46,360 nt of DNA from a virus (taxonomy: Duplodnaviria > Caudoviricetes), in IMG/VR virus record IMGVR_UViG_3300046779_000201, positions 1 through 46,360 of that record; one strand, given 5' to 3'. Shown in pieces: positions 8,737 through 17,564 of the stretch. A program made the translations under genes and the position numbers. The notes beneath the pieces are model-generated. The model was not told where the DNA came from, did no database searches, and saw only the letters and a list, made by a program, of their open reading frames with translations. Numbering within the stretch: position 1 is the first letter of the stretch; each line of letters opens with the position of its first letter.

Positions 8737-11192
8737 TGGCTGTTCTACCTATTGGTATAAATCCTGCTACTGGTGGAGGCGGTGCTGGTGGCTATCAGAT
8801 AGAGCGCAGTCTGCGGTTTAACTCTGCGGATAGTGCGTATCTGAGCAGGACACCCGCATCTACTGGAAGCCAAACTTCTTGGACTTGGAGCGGATGGGTT
8901 AAAAGAAGTGCAATTACAAATACACAAGACAACATCTATGCAATAAATAATTCAAATAGAATTTGTTTTAGTAATGGCGATTCAAGTCAAACTTTATTTT
9001 TTGAAGTTTATAACGGTGGTGGGGCTGATTATTACATTGGAACATCAGCAGTTTATAGAGATGTAAGTGCTTGGTATCATATTGTTGCGGTATGGGATTC
9101 AAATAACGCAACTGCCGGTGACCGTCAGCGTTTATATGTAAATGGAATACGAATAACAGCGTTTTCTTCTGGAAATTCTATTCCAAGTGGGGCAACATCA
9201 AACAACTGGAACGGAACAGCGGCACACAATATTGGTAGAAGTCCAGTAACAGCAAATCACTTTAATGGATACCTAACGGAAATTTATTTCATTGACGGTC
9301 AAGCCCTAACCCCATCCTCATTCGGTGAAACTGATTCTGCCACAGGTGTATGGAAGCCCAAGGCTTACTCTGGCACATACGGCACTAACGGGTTCTACCT
9401 AAAGTTTGCAGACAACTCTGGCACGACCAGCACAACGCTAGGCAAGGACAGCTCAGGCAACGGTAACAACTGGACACCTAACAACTTCTCTGTGACTGCT
9501 GGCGCTGGTAACGACTCAATGGTGGATTCACCTACAGCATACGGTACAGACACAGGTGTTGGTGGTGAGGTGCGTGGGAATTACTGTACTTTAAACCCGC
9601 TGGATTCTGCTACTAGCGCATCAAATCCTACCAACGGAAATCTGGATTGGAGTTCAGCGGCGGCAAATGCTAACTATTATCCTAGCAGAGGAACCATGGG
9701 GGTTTCCTCTGGTAAGTGGTATTGGGAAGTAACTTGTGGCACTTCTGGCGGCGGGTTCCAAATTGGTATTGCTGGTCAGGCTGTGAATTTTGCTAACAAT
9801 CCTTCACAACAACTATATAACTGCGTTGATGGATATTGTTATTTTGCTAGTGCTTTGAAAGGAAATAATGGTTCTACGGCATCCTATGGAGCAACATATA
9901 CCACAAACGATGTGATTGGTGTGGCTCTTGATATGGATGCTGGCACTCTTGTGTTTTATAAAAACGGAGTTAGCCAAGGAACGGCATATTCAAGTTTAAG
10001 CGGAACATTTTTTGCAGCCATTTCAGATAATAGTGGCTCCAATAATTCGTCTGCAACATTCAACTTCGGTCAACGTGCCTTTGCCTACACAGCCCCCTCT
10101 GGCTTTAAGGCATTGTGTACAACTAATTTGCCTACGCCGACCATCGGTGCTACTAGCACTACACAGGCGAATAAGTATTTTGCAATCAATACTTATGCCG
10201 GAACGGGTGCAACCAATGCTCAGACGGTTGGTTTTGCCCCTGACTTTGTGTGGATTAAAGCAAGAACAAACGCCTACTGGCATAAACTTTTTGACACCAT
10301 TCGTGGCGCAAACAAACCTTTGGTATCAAACGATACAGGAGCAGAACTTACGGAAACTCAGGGTTTAATGTCGTTTGACTCAAATGGGTTTACCTTAGGA
10401 ACGTCATCAGATTCAACTGTAAACAATGCTGGTTCTGGTCAAACCTATGTTGCTTGGTGCTGGGACGCAGCAGGCTCTAACGCTACCAACACCTCTGGCA
10501 CTATAACAAGCACAGTCAGGGCAAATACGACTAGCGGGTTCTCGATTGTTACTTATACGGGTACAAACGCAAGTGGCGCAACTATTGGACACGGGCTTGG
10601 CGCAGTTCCAGCAATGATTATTATCAAAAACAGAAGTTCTGCTGAGGCGTGGCCTGTATACCATGCGTACAATACTTCTGCTCCTGAAACAGATTACCTT
10701 GTATTAAACACAACCGCAGCAACAGCAGATGCTACAACTCCGTGGAACGATACGCTACCTACTTCAACTGTATTCACGCTTGGTAACTGGAACGCACTAA
10801 ATGAAAATGGCTCTAACCATGTAGCCTACTGCTTCGCACCAGTAGCAGGGTATAGCGCCTTTGGAAGTTACACGGGCAATGGTTCTACGGATGGGCCGTT
10901 TGTGTACACGAACTTCAGGCCAAGATGGGTTATGTTTAAGAAAAGTAGCGGAACAAGTAATTGGGGAATTGTTGATACTGCCAGAGACACATTTAACGTA
11001 ACGGATTTATATTTGTATGCTAATTTAAGCAATGCAGAAGCAACAGGAACATCAACTTCAGGCCCATTTTTAGATGTCTTGTCAAATGGATTTAAGTTAA
11101 GAGGCAATTCTGGTGACATTAACGACACTAGTGCAACCTACATCTACGCAGCCTTTGCCGAATCACCCTTTAAGTACAGTTTAGCTCGATAG
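8736..11192 (+). CDS. Lectin-like receptor-binding fibre protein (LamG/concanavalin A plus SPRY domains)
   Basis: SLRFN..DSAYL, WTWSGWVKR, RDVSAWYHIV (LamG); SSGKWYWEV, DVIGVALDMD (SPRY). Confidence 0.8.
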   Translation: MAVLPIGINPATGGGGAGGYQIERSLRFNSADSAYLSRTPASTGSQTSWTWSGWVKRSAITNTQDNIYAINNSNRICFSNGDSSQTLFFEVYNGGGADYYIGTSAVYRDVSAWYHIVAVWDSNNATAGDRQRLYVNGIRITAFSSGNSIPSGATSNNWNGTAAHNIGRSPVTANHFNGYLTEIYFIDGQALTPSSFGETDSATGVWKPKAYSGTYGTNGFYLKFADNSGTTSTTLGKDSSGNGNNWTPNNFSVTAGAGNDSMVDSPTAYGTDTGVGGEVRGNYCTLNPLDSATSASNPTNGNLDWSSAAANANYYPSRGTMGVSSGKWYWEVTCGTSGGGFQIGIAGQAVNFANNPSQQLYNCVDGYCYFASALKGNNGSTASYGATYTTNDVIGVALDMDAGTLVFYKNGVSQGTAYSSLSGTFFAAISDNSGSNNSSATFNFGQRAFAYTAPSGFKALCTTNLPTPTIGATSTTQANKYFAINTYAGTGATNAQTVGFAPDFVWIKARTNAYWHKLFDTIRGANKPLVSNDTGAELTETQGLMSFDSNGFTLGTSSDSTVNNAGSGQTYVAWCWDAAGSNATNTSGTITSTVRANTTSGFSIVTYTGTNASGATIGHGLGAVPAMIIIKNRSSAEAWPVYHAYNTSAPETDYLVLNTTAATADATTPWNDTLPTSTVFTLGNWNALNENGSNHVAYCFAPVAGYSAFGSYTGNGSTDGPFVYTNFRPRWVMFKKSSGTSNWGIVDTARDTFNVTDLYLYANLSNAEATGTSTSGPFLDVLSNGFKLRGNSGDINDTSATYIYAAFAESPFKYSLAR

Positions 11193-11201
11193 GAGTAACA
11201 A

Positions 11202-11723
11202 ATGTTTCAATTTAATGGAAACCCAATCTCAATAGATTCTGAACAAGTCATCGGTGGTATCCGCTACCCACACCTGCGTGACCCTGCCCTGCGTGAGCAG
11301 TTAGGCGTGGTAGAGGTAGCAGACCCAGAGTGGTATGACCAGAGATTCTACTGGGGCGTAGGCAATCCTAAACTTTTAAATGACCGTGAAGAAGTAGACG
11401 AAGACGGTAATCCCATGTATGTCAAAGTCTTGGGTGTGGTCAACGGACAACCTGCGATGGTGGATTCTACGGAGCGTCTAGTTACCAAGGGTCTTAAGAG
11501 CCAATGGATTGCACAGATTAAGCAGACCGCAGGCTCTATGCTTGCCCAGACCGATTGGATGGTAGTCCGCAAGGCAGAGCGCAATATAGACATACCCGCA
11601 ACGGTGGTCGCAAAGCGTGCGGCGATTGTGGCTGAGTGTGACGGGCTAGAGGCCGCGATTGCGGCTTGCACAAATGTAGAAGCTTTGATTACGGTAGTTA
11701 GCAACCAGAACTGGGGTGAGTAA
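11202..11723 (+). CDS. Putative fibre assembly chaperone
   Basis: Follows the fibre gene; LAQTDWMVVR motif of chaperone-like proteins. Confidence 0.55.
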   Translation: MFQFNGNPISIDSEQVIGGIRYPHLRDPALREQLGVVEVADPEWYDQRFYWGVGNPKLLNDREEVDEDGNPMYVKVLGVVNGQPAMVDSTERLVTKGLKSQWIAQIKQTAGSMLAQTDWMVVRKAERNIDIPATVVAKRAAIVAECDGLEAAIAACTNVEALITVVSNQNWGE

Positions 11724-11890
11724 TGTCAACAGTAGACCAAGTTAAAGGCCAACTTGACACCCATGAAGCAGTCTGCGCTGAACGCTATGCAGGCATCAAT
11801 GCTAGACTAAAAAGACTAGAACAGATCCTGCTCGGGACTACTGGTTTCATCGTAGTTCTACTACTCAGCTTAGTTCTTAAAATAGGTTAA
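11723..11890 (+). CDS. 55-aa XhlA-like membrane protein (not in ORF track)
   Basis: MSTVDQVKGQLDTHEAVCAERYAGINARLKRLEQILLGTTGFIVVLLLSLVLKIG; coiled coil plus C-terminal TM; TAATG coupling. Confidence 0.7.
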   Translation: MSTVDQVKGQLDTHEAVCAERYAGINARLKRLEQILLGTTGFIVVLLLSLVLKIG

Positions 11891-11891
11891 C

Positions 11892-12236
11892 ATGAGTAGA
11901 AAAGTATCAACCGCTAAGACTAAGACTACTACTACTAAAGAAGTATTGTATACTGTTCCTTCTAGTAATACTGGTTTCTGGCAACTATTATATGTAATTA
12001 GTGCTGATGGAACAAACACTCCTACTGTTTATTGGTATGACAAGTCAAAGAATACAGAGTATATAGTCTTTGCTGGTAAAAACTTAGGAGCTGGTGATTA
12101 TGTATTATTTACTGATGCAGTAGTTGTAGTTCAAGGCGGGGATGAGATTAGAATATCACAGTCAGGAACTAGCACAGTTACTTTTATAGTAACTATTGAG
12201 TTAATTCAAGATTCAACTTTACAATATCAAGGATAA
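11892..12236 (+). CDS. Hypothetical beta-rich virion protein
   Basis: ORF in operon context; LYTVP motif common in phage structural modules. Confidence 0.6.
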   Translation: MSRKVSTAKTKTTTTKEVLYTVPSSNTGFWQLLYVISADGTNTPTVYWYDKSKNTEYIVFAGKNLGAGDYVLFTDAVVVVQGGDEIRISQSGTSTVTFIVTIELIQDSTLQYQG

Positions 12237-12240
12237 TATT

Positions 12241-12408
12241 ATGCCAATGGTAGACGGAAAGAAATACCCTTACACTAAGAAGGGCAAACAAGCTGCTGCT
12301 TCTGCTAAGATTAGTAAACTTCGTAAAGAAGGAATGCCACAGAAGCAGGCAGTTGCTGTTGGCCTAGCCATGACTGGTATGTCTAAGAAGAAGAAAGCAA
12401 AGAAGTGA
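12241..12408 (+). CDS. 55-aa lysine-rich protein (not in ORF track)
   Basis: MPMVDGKKYPYTKKGKQAAASAKISKLRKEGMPQKQAVAVGLAMTGMSKKKKAKK; AAGGA SD. Confidence 0.75.
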   Translation: MPMVDGKKYPYTKKGKQAAASAKISKLRKEGMPQKQAVAVGLAMTGMSKKKKAKK

Positions 12409-12590
12409 CCAAGAAACCTAAGTCTCGTGTTAATGAGGCTGGTGTTTATACTAAGCCCACAATGCGTAAGCGTTTGTTTGAGAAAATCAAAGCTGGTAGC
12501 AAAGGTGGAGACCCCGGAGAGTGGTCAGCTCGTAAAGCTCAGTTGTTAGCTAGTGAGTACAAGAAAGCTGGCGGTGGTTATAAGTCATGA
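12405..12590 (+). CDS. Basic protein, DUF5872-like N-terminal half
   Basis: YTKPTMRKRL..IKAGSKGG.PGEWSARKAQLLA..YKKAGGGY. Confidence 0.65.
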   Translation: MTKKPKSRVNEAGVYTKPTMRKRLFEKIKAGSKGGDPGEWSARKAQLLASEYKKAGGGYKS

Positions 12591-12820
12591 AGAAAGACCC
12601 ACAGCAATCGCTGAAGGACTGGACAGCCCAGAAGTGGAGAACCTCTGATGGTAAAGCCAGTAAAGGTAAGAAGCGTTACCTACCAGATGCAGCTTGGGAT
12701 GCTCTGTCACCTGCAGAGAAAGCAGCAACTAACAAGGCTAAGGCACAGGGCAACAAGGCTGGCAAGCAGTTTGTAAAGCAACCTAAGAAGATAGCTAAGA
12801 AGACAGCGGGGTACAGATGA
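12587..12820 (+). CDS. Basic protein, DUF5872-like C-terminal half
   Basis: QQSLKDWT.QKWRTSDGK...RYLP..AW..LSPAEKAATN. Confidence 0.65.
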   Translation: MKKDPQQSLKDWTAQKWRTSDGKASKGKKRYLPDAAWDALSPAEKAATNKAKAQGNKAGKQFVKQPKKIAKKTAGYR

Positions 12821-13095
12821 AAGACTCAAGACTAACTAGGGCTGGCGTAGCAGGCTACAATAAGCCAAAGCGCACACCTAGCCACCCAACCAAGTCTCAT
12901 GTGGTAGTAGCCAAGGAAGGCGATCAGGTTAAGACTATCAGGTTTGGACAACAAGGAGTCTCAGGTTCTCCTAAGAAGGCTGGAGAGTCAGAGTCATACC
13001 GTAAGCGCCGTGAGTCTTTTAAGTCTAGACACGCCCAGAATATAGCCAAAGGTAAGATGTCTGCTGCATATTGGGCAGATAAAGTTAAATGGTAG
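12817..13095 (+). CDS. Basic conserved viral protein
   Basis: KSHVVVAK..KTIRFGQQG...RR.SFK.RH...SAAYWADKVKW; ATGA overlap. Confidence 0.7.
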   Translation: MKDSRLTRAGVAGYNKPKRTPSHPTKSHVVVAKEGDQVKTIRFGQQGVSGSPKKAGESESYRKRRESFKSRHAQNIAKGKMSAAYWADKVKW

Positions 13096-13124
13096 TTGAC
13101 AACTACTAATTTCTATGGTATAAT
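13096..13124 (+). promoter_or_regulatory. sigma70 promoter for tail operon (leaderless first gene)
   Basis: TTGACA-17-TATAAT with TG; ATG only 6 nt after the -10. Confidence 0.9.
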
Positions 13125-13130
13125 ACTACT

Positions 13131-13778
13131 ATGACTTATTTACAATTAATTAATGATGTGCTAGTCCGTCTACGTGAGAACGAGGTAGGCACTGTGTCAC
13201 AGACAGCTTACGCTAAAATGATTGGTAAGTTTGTCAACGACATTAAGCGTGAGGTAGAAGACGCTTATGACTGGAATGCCTTGACAGATACCTTGACTGC
13301 TGCAACTACAGCTAATTTGTTTAACTACGTCCTTACTGGCTCTGGGGTACGGTTTCGTGTCCTAAACGTAATTAACGATACTAGCGACTGGTTTATGGAG
13401 GTAGCTCCTAGAGCCTACTTTGACCAGCAATTCTTGATTAATAATGCTCAGGCAGGTCAGCCTTTGTACTATAACTTTAATGGCGTAGACTCCAATGGGG
13501 ATACTCAGGTAGATATATTTCCTAAACCTGATGGAGTTTATAATCTACGATTTAATATTATCAAACCTCAGGCTGCTCTGTCTTTGGCTACAGACATAAT
13601 TAAGGTTCCTTCGGAGCCTGTAATCTTTGGTGCTTATGCTAAAGCCTTAGCAGAGCGTGGCGAAGACATGGGACAGAATAGCTCAGAAGCTTATGCTTTA
13701 TATAAGAAATCCTTAGCTGATCATGTAGCTATTGAGTCTAGTCATTATCCTGATGAATCTATCTGGAATTTAACATAA
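13131..13778 (+). CDS. Head-tail adaptor / tail tubular protein A-like
   Basis: MTYLQLINDVLVRLRE N-terminus, size and position. Confidence 0.75.
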   Translation: MTYLQLINDVLVRLRENEVGTVSQTAYAKMIGKFVNDIKREVEDAYDWNALTDTLTAATTANLFNYVLTGSGVRFRVLNVINDTSDWFMEVAPRAYFDQQFLINNAQAGQPLYYNFNGVDSNGDTQVDIFPKPDGVYNLRFNIIKPQAALSLATDIIKVPSEPVIFGAYAKALAERGEDMGQNSSEAYALYKKSLADHVAIESSHYPDESIWNLT

Positions 13779-15386
13779 GTGGCAAAACCTCTTAAAGCAG
13801 TATCGGTAGCAGCTCCGGGTTTTTATGGTCTTAATACCCAAGAGTCTGGTGTTACATTACCACCTAACTTTGCCTATGAAGCTACTAACTGCGTCATAGA
13901 TAAGTTCGGGCGTATTGGCGCACGTAAGGGCTGGACTAAAGTTAATGCTTCTACTAACGTAGACTTAGGTACTAATAAGATTCAGACGCTGTATGAGATT
14001 GTAAAAGAAGATGGTAACGTAGTTATTTCTGGCGGTAACAATAAGTTATTTACTGGCAGAAGCACATTGACTACAGCTACTGTCCGTGATGCTACAGACT
14101 CAGCAGATTTAACTTATACAATTACTGATAACCATTGGCAAATAGCGGCTCTGCCATATGATGCTGGTCTTAACGCTTCTTCTCATGCTTACTTAGTTCA
14201 AGGTAGCCATCCTACTTTAATTTATCATAAGCTGGGAGCTACTGGTCACGCACATACTGGCTCTTATGGATTTCAAAGATTAGCAGATATTGGCACACTG
14301 CCTACTGGCTTTAGTGCTAGCACCTTCACGCCCAACTGTGCATTAGCTGCTTATGGTAGGGTATGGTATGCAGATATTACTGGTGACAAGCAAACTGTTT
14401 ACTTTAGTGATTTGCTTAACGGAGACAACCTAAGCACTGGCTCAGCTGGTAGCTTAAACATTGCTACAGTAGTTCCTAATAATGACCCAATCGTAGCACT
14501 AGCAGCTCATAATAACTTTCTTATTATTTTCTGTAAGCGTAATGTTGTATTGTATTCAGGTGCTGATGATCCTGCAACACTATCGTTGTCAGATATAATT
14601 AAAGGTATTGGATGTATTGCTAGAGATTCTGTACAGAACACTGGTACAGATATTATCTTTTTGTCTGACACAGGTGTTCGTAGTTTGCTTCGTGTTATCC
14701 AAGAGAAGTCTTTACCGTTTAGAGACCTATCTAAGAATGTACGTGATGACTTGATGGGATATGTTAACTCAGAGACAGCTAAGCTTATTAAGAGTGCTTA
14801 CTCTCCTAATGATGCTTTCTATGTTTTGTCTCTACCAACTAGTGGGTTAACATATGTCTTTGATATGCGTACTTCTCTAGAGGATGGTTCAGCTAGGGTA
14901 ACTACTTGGAATAATATTAGTCCTAACGCTTTATGTGTTACTGAAGCTAGAGAGTTACTTATAGGCAAGCTAGGATATATTGGTAAGTACGGTGGGTATG
15001 CTGATGATACCGCTGTCTACCGTATGGTGTATTACACTAGCTTCTTTGATTTTAGTGAGCCTACACTAGAGAAGATTCTAAAGAAGATTAATATTGTAGT
15101 CTTTGGTGGAGCATCGCAGAGCTTTGTGACTAAATGGGGTTATGATTACGGTGGTTTAAATTATAACCAGACTCTAAGCTTGTTAAACTCCACAGTAGCT
15201 CAGTATGGTATTTCAGAGTATAACACCACTGCTGAGTATGCTGGCTCAGAGGATATTAATTCTTTGGTAGCTAATGGATTAGGATATGGCAAGGTATTAC
15301 AACTAGGATTTGAAGTAGATATTCAGAACAGTTCTATGTCTATTCAAAAGTTTGAAGTATTTGTTAAATCTGGAAGGACGATATAA
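13779..15386 (+). CDS. Tail nozzle / tail tubular protein B-like (P22 gp10-like)
   Basis: PGFYGLNT, NCVID..GRI, GIGCIARDS, beta-propeller-like composition. Confidence 0.75.
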   Translation: MAKPLKAVSVAAPGFYGLNTQESGVTLPPNFAYEATNCVIDKFGRIGARKGWTKVNASTNVDLGTNKIQTLYEIVKEDGNVVISGGNNKLFTGRSTLTTATVRDATDSADLTYTITDNHWQIAALPYDAGLNASSHAYLVQGSHPTLIYHKLGATGHAHTGSYGFQRLADIGTLPTGFSASTFTPNCALAAYGRVWYADITGDKQTVYFSDLLNGDNLSTGSAGSLNIATVVPNNDPIVALAAHNNFLIIFCKRNVVLYSGADDPATLSLSDIIKGIGCIARDSVQNTGTDIIFLSDTGVRSLLRVIQEKSLPFRDLSKNVRDDLMGYVNSETAKLIKSAYSPNDAFYVLSLPTSGLTYVFDMRTSLEDGSARVTTWNNISPNALCVTEARELLIGKLGYIGKYGGYADDTAVYRMVYYTSFFDFSEPTLEKILKKINIVVFGGASQSFVTKWGYDYGGLNYNQTLSLLNSTVAQYGISEYNTTAEYAGSEDINSLVANGLGYGKVLQLGFEVDIQNSSMSIQKFEVFVKSGRTI

Positions 15387-15601
15387 TGTCTAACTATACG
15401 AAGACTACCGACTTCGCAGCTAAAGACTCTTTAGCTTCAGGTAACCCATCGAAGATTGTTAAAGGCGCAGAGATTAATACTGAGTACGATAACATTCAAA
15501 CTGCTGTTAATAGTAAACTAGACGCTACTATTGCTGCTCTAAACACTTTGTTAACTGGTAATACTATCACTGACGGGACGATTAGTGGCGGTACATATTG
15601 A
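15386..15601 (+). CDS. Short tail-fibre anchor stub
   Basis: N-terminal fibre-attachment-like sequence (NYTKTTDF..KD.L..G...KI..GAEI.TEYDNI..AVNSK), ends GGTY. Confidence 0.6.
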   Translation: MSNYTKTTDFAAKDSLASGNPSKIVKGAEINTEYDNIQTAVNSKLDATIAALNTLLTGNTITDGTISGGTY

Positions 15602-15896
15602 TCCAGATGACAAGAAAGTTCCAGTCTGCGTTAGAGATAATTACATCATCTACATAGAAAGAGTTGGATTAGCTAACTGGATGCACGCAGATGTTATTAA
15701 GTGGACACCAGAAATATTTAGGCAGTTTGACAGGGACTTAGATTTAATATTTGAAATGCATGGTGGTCCGATGTTCATCATGATAAATAAAGAGAATAAG
15801 AAGTTGCAGAAGTTTGGTAAGATGTTTAGCTTCTGGCCTTATAAAGAAGTACAATGCTACGATGGTATTACGAGACTTGCATTTAGGAGAATGTAA
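15585..15896 (+). CDS. Hypothetical protein, possibly GNAT-like (T7 gp13 position)
   Basis: Position before ejected proteins; NKKLQKF..MF.F motif. Confidence 0.5.
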   Translation: MAVHIDPDDKKVPVCVRDNYIIYIERVGLANWMHADVIKWTPEIFRQFDRDLDLIFEMHGGPMFIMINKENKKLQKFGKMFSFWPYKEVQCYDGITRLAFRRM

Positions 15897-16774
15897 TGGG
15901 TGACATAATTAACGCAGTATCAGACGTATTTGGATTTGGTCCTGCGTCTAAAGCTGCTGAAGCACAAACTGACGCTGCAGGTATTGCTGCTGCAGGCTCA
16001 AAAGAAGCTGCACAGATTGCTGCTGAGGCTGCAAAGTTTAGACCATATAATGTTCGTACAGCGTTAGGCGGTGTAACCTTTGGAGATCAATCATTAAACA
16101 TTGATTATGACCCAGCGCTAGCTGCGTATCGTAGCCAACTGTTCAGAGCTGCAGGAGCTGCGCTGCCTCAAGATATCCCAGCTGCTGAAGAGCAAGAGTA
16201 TCAAAGACTGCGCTCTGCTGCTGCACCGGGAGTGTCTCAGCAATACTCTCAGCTTGGCACTAATCTCTTTCGTACTGGTAGACAGGGTCTTGATATCTAT
16301 GGTGCAAACCCTGAGCTACGTGCATTCCAACAAGCACAGATTGACAAAGAGACACAGCTCAGAGAGCAGGCTAAAGCTAACGTAGCTGGAAGGATTGCCC
16401 AGTCTACAGGTCTGTTTACCTCTGGTCTTGGTGTCGAGCAGGCATTACTGCAACCTGTTGAGATGGGCGCACAGCTTGGTGGACGTGCCGCTGCTGCTGG
16501 TGCAACTGCTGGTGGTTACTTACTTAAAGGCGGTATGGAAGCTGCCTCTGCACAGGCTGCAGGCGCTCGTCAGGCTGGTCTAATCTCTGCTCAGTCTCAG
16601 CAGAACTTGTTCGGTGCTCTTCCTTCTTATAGAGAGCTAACAACCCAGCAACCTAATACTCCATATGGCACACCGTTACAGAACTTATACTACACTGGTT
16701 CTTTTGCCGGTAATCCAAATGTATATGGGGAAAGAGCTGGAGCAGACTTTACGGCTATGAATGTTTACGGTTAA
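15896..16774 (+). CDS. Internal virion / DNA ejection protein
   Basis: Ala/Gly/Gln-rich helical protein in ejectosome position. Confidence 0.65.
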   Translation: MGDIINAVSDVFGFGPASKAAEAQTDAAGIAAAGSKEAAQIAAEAAKFRPYNVRTALGGVTFGDQSLNIDYDPALAAYRSQLFRAAGAALPQDIPAAEEQEYQRLRSAAAPGVSQQYSQLGTNLFRTGRQGLDIYGANPELRAFQQAQIDKETQLREQAKANVAGRIAQSTGLFTSGLGVEQALLQPVEMGAQLGGRAAAAGATAGGYLLKGGMEAASAQAAGARQAGLISAQSQQNLFGALPSYRELTTQQPNTPYGTPLQNLYYTGSFAGNPNVYGERAGADFTAMNVYG

Positions 16775-16784
16775 GGAGTAAGGA

Positions 16785-17564
16785 ATGGCAACCCCACAAC
16801 AATCTTTATTAGGTATATTCCAAAGCCCTGCTCAGGTAGAACAGGCACAACAGCAACGATTGTTTGAGCAGGCTCGTCAGTCTGCTATGATGACACCTGA
16901 GCAACAAGGTGCATTCATTGCTGCTAGGTCTGGTCAGATGACTGGGCGCTTGTTATCTGACATTGCTGGCTATGAAGACCCAGCTCTAAAGAAAGCACGA
17001 GACCTACAAGGTATTGCTAACGAAGTTAAAGCATCGATGTCTGCAGAAGACCAGAAAGATCCTGCCAAGGTATACGCTGCTATGGCTAAGCGTGCTAGCG
17101 AGATGGGCTACACTCAAGAAGCTATGATGTTAGCTGACGAGGCTACTAGACGAAGCCTTGAAGAGCGTAAGATGTCTATCAGTGAGCGTGCTGTTAAAGT
17201 ACAAGAAGAGCAAGTTCAGGTTTCTAAAGATAAACTTAAAGCAGAACTTGAGGACACAGCTCGTAAGAACAAGTTTACTGACGCACAGATTCGTGAGATT
17301 GAAGCTCGTATTGGTAACTTGAATGCTGATAAGTACAGCTTCCAGACTGTCAAGGATGCTCTGGGTAATATCACAGAGATTATTGCAATCAATAAGACTA
17401 ACCCATCTGATGTTAAGAACATTAAGGTAGCTGGAGGAACAGCTCCATCTGCTCTAGACCCAGCCGCTGCAGCAAGAGCTGAGCTAGAGAAACGAAACAA
17501 AGGTAAGAAAGCCCCAGCTAGCACACCTTCTGCACCAGAGCCTGAGCTGGGAGTTTCTCCCTAA
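16785..17564 (+). CDS. Internal virion protein
   Basis: AAGGAG SD, coiled-coil, position. Confidence 0.6.
   Translation: MATPQQSLLGIFQSPAQVEQAQQQRLFEQARQSAMMTPEQQGAFIAARSGQMTGRLLSDIAGYEDPALKKARDLQGIANEVKASMSAEDQKDPAKVYAAMAKRASEMGYTQEAMMLADEATRRSLEERKMSISERAVKVQEEQVQVSKDKLKAELEDTARKNKFTDAQIREIEARIGNLNADKYSFQTVKDALGNITEIIAINKTNPSDVKNIKVAGGTAPSALDPAAAARAELEKRNKGKKAPASTPSAPEPELGVSP

Noticed and set aside
8736-11192. Diversity-generating retroelement or invertible fibre cassette
   Set aside because: No reverse transcriptase or invertase, no template/variable repeat pair, and differences between copies are not adenine-specific.
14720-14733. TAGAGA-CC-TATCTA, a one-mismatch version of the palindrome in the nozzle gene
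   Set aside because: Mismatch in the arm, atypical spacer and opposite genome arm; plausible by chance.
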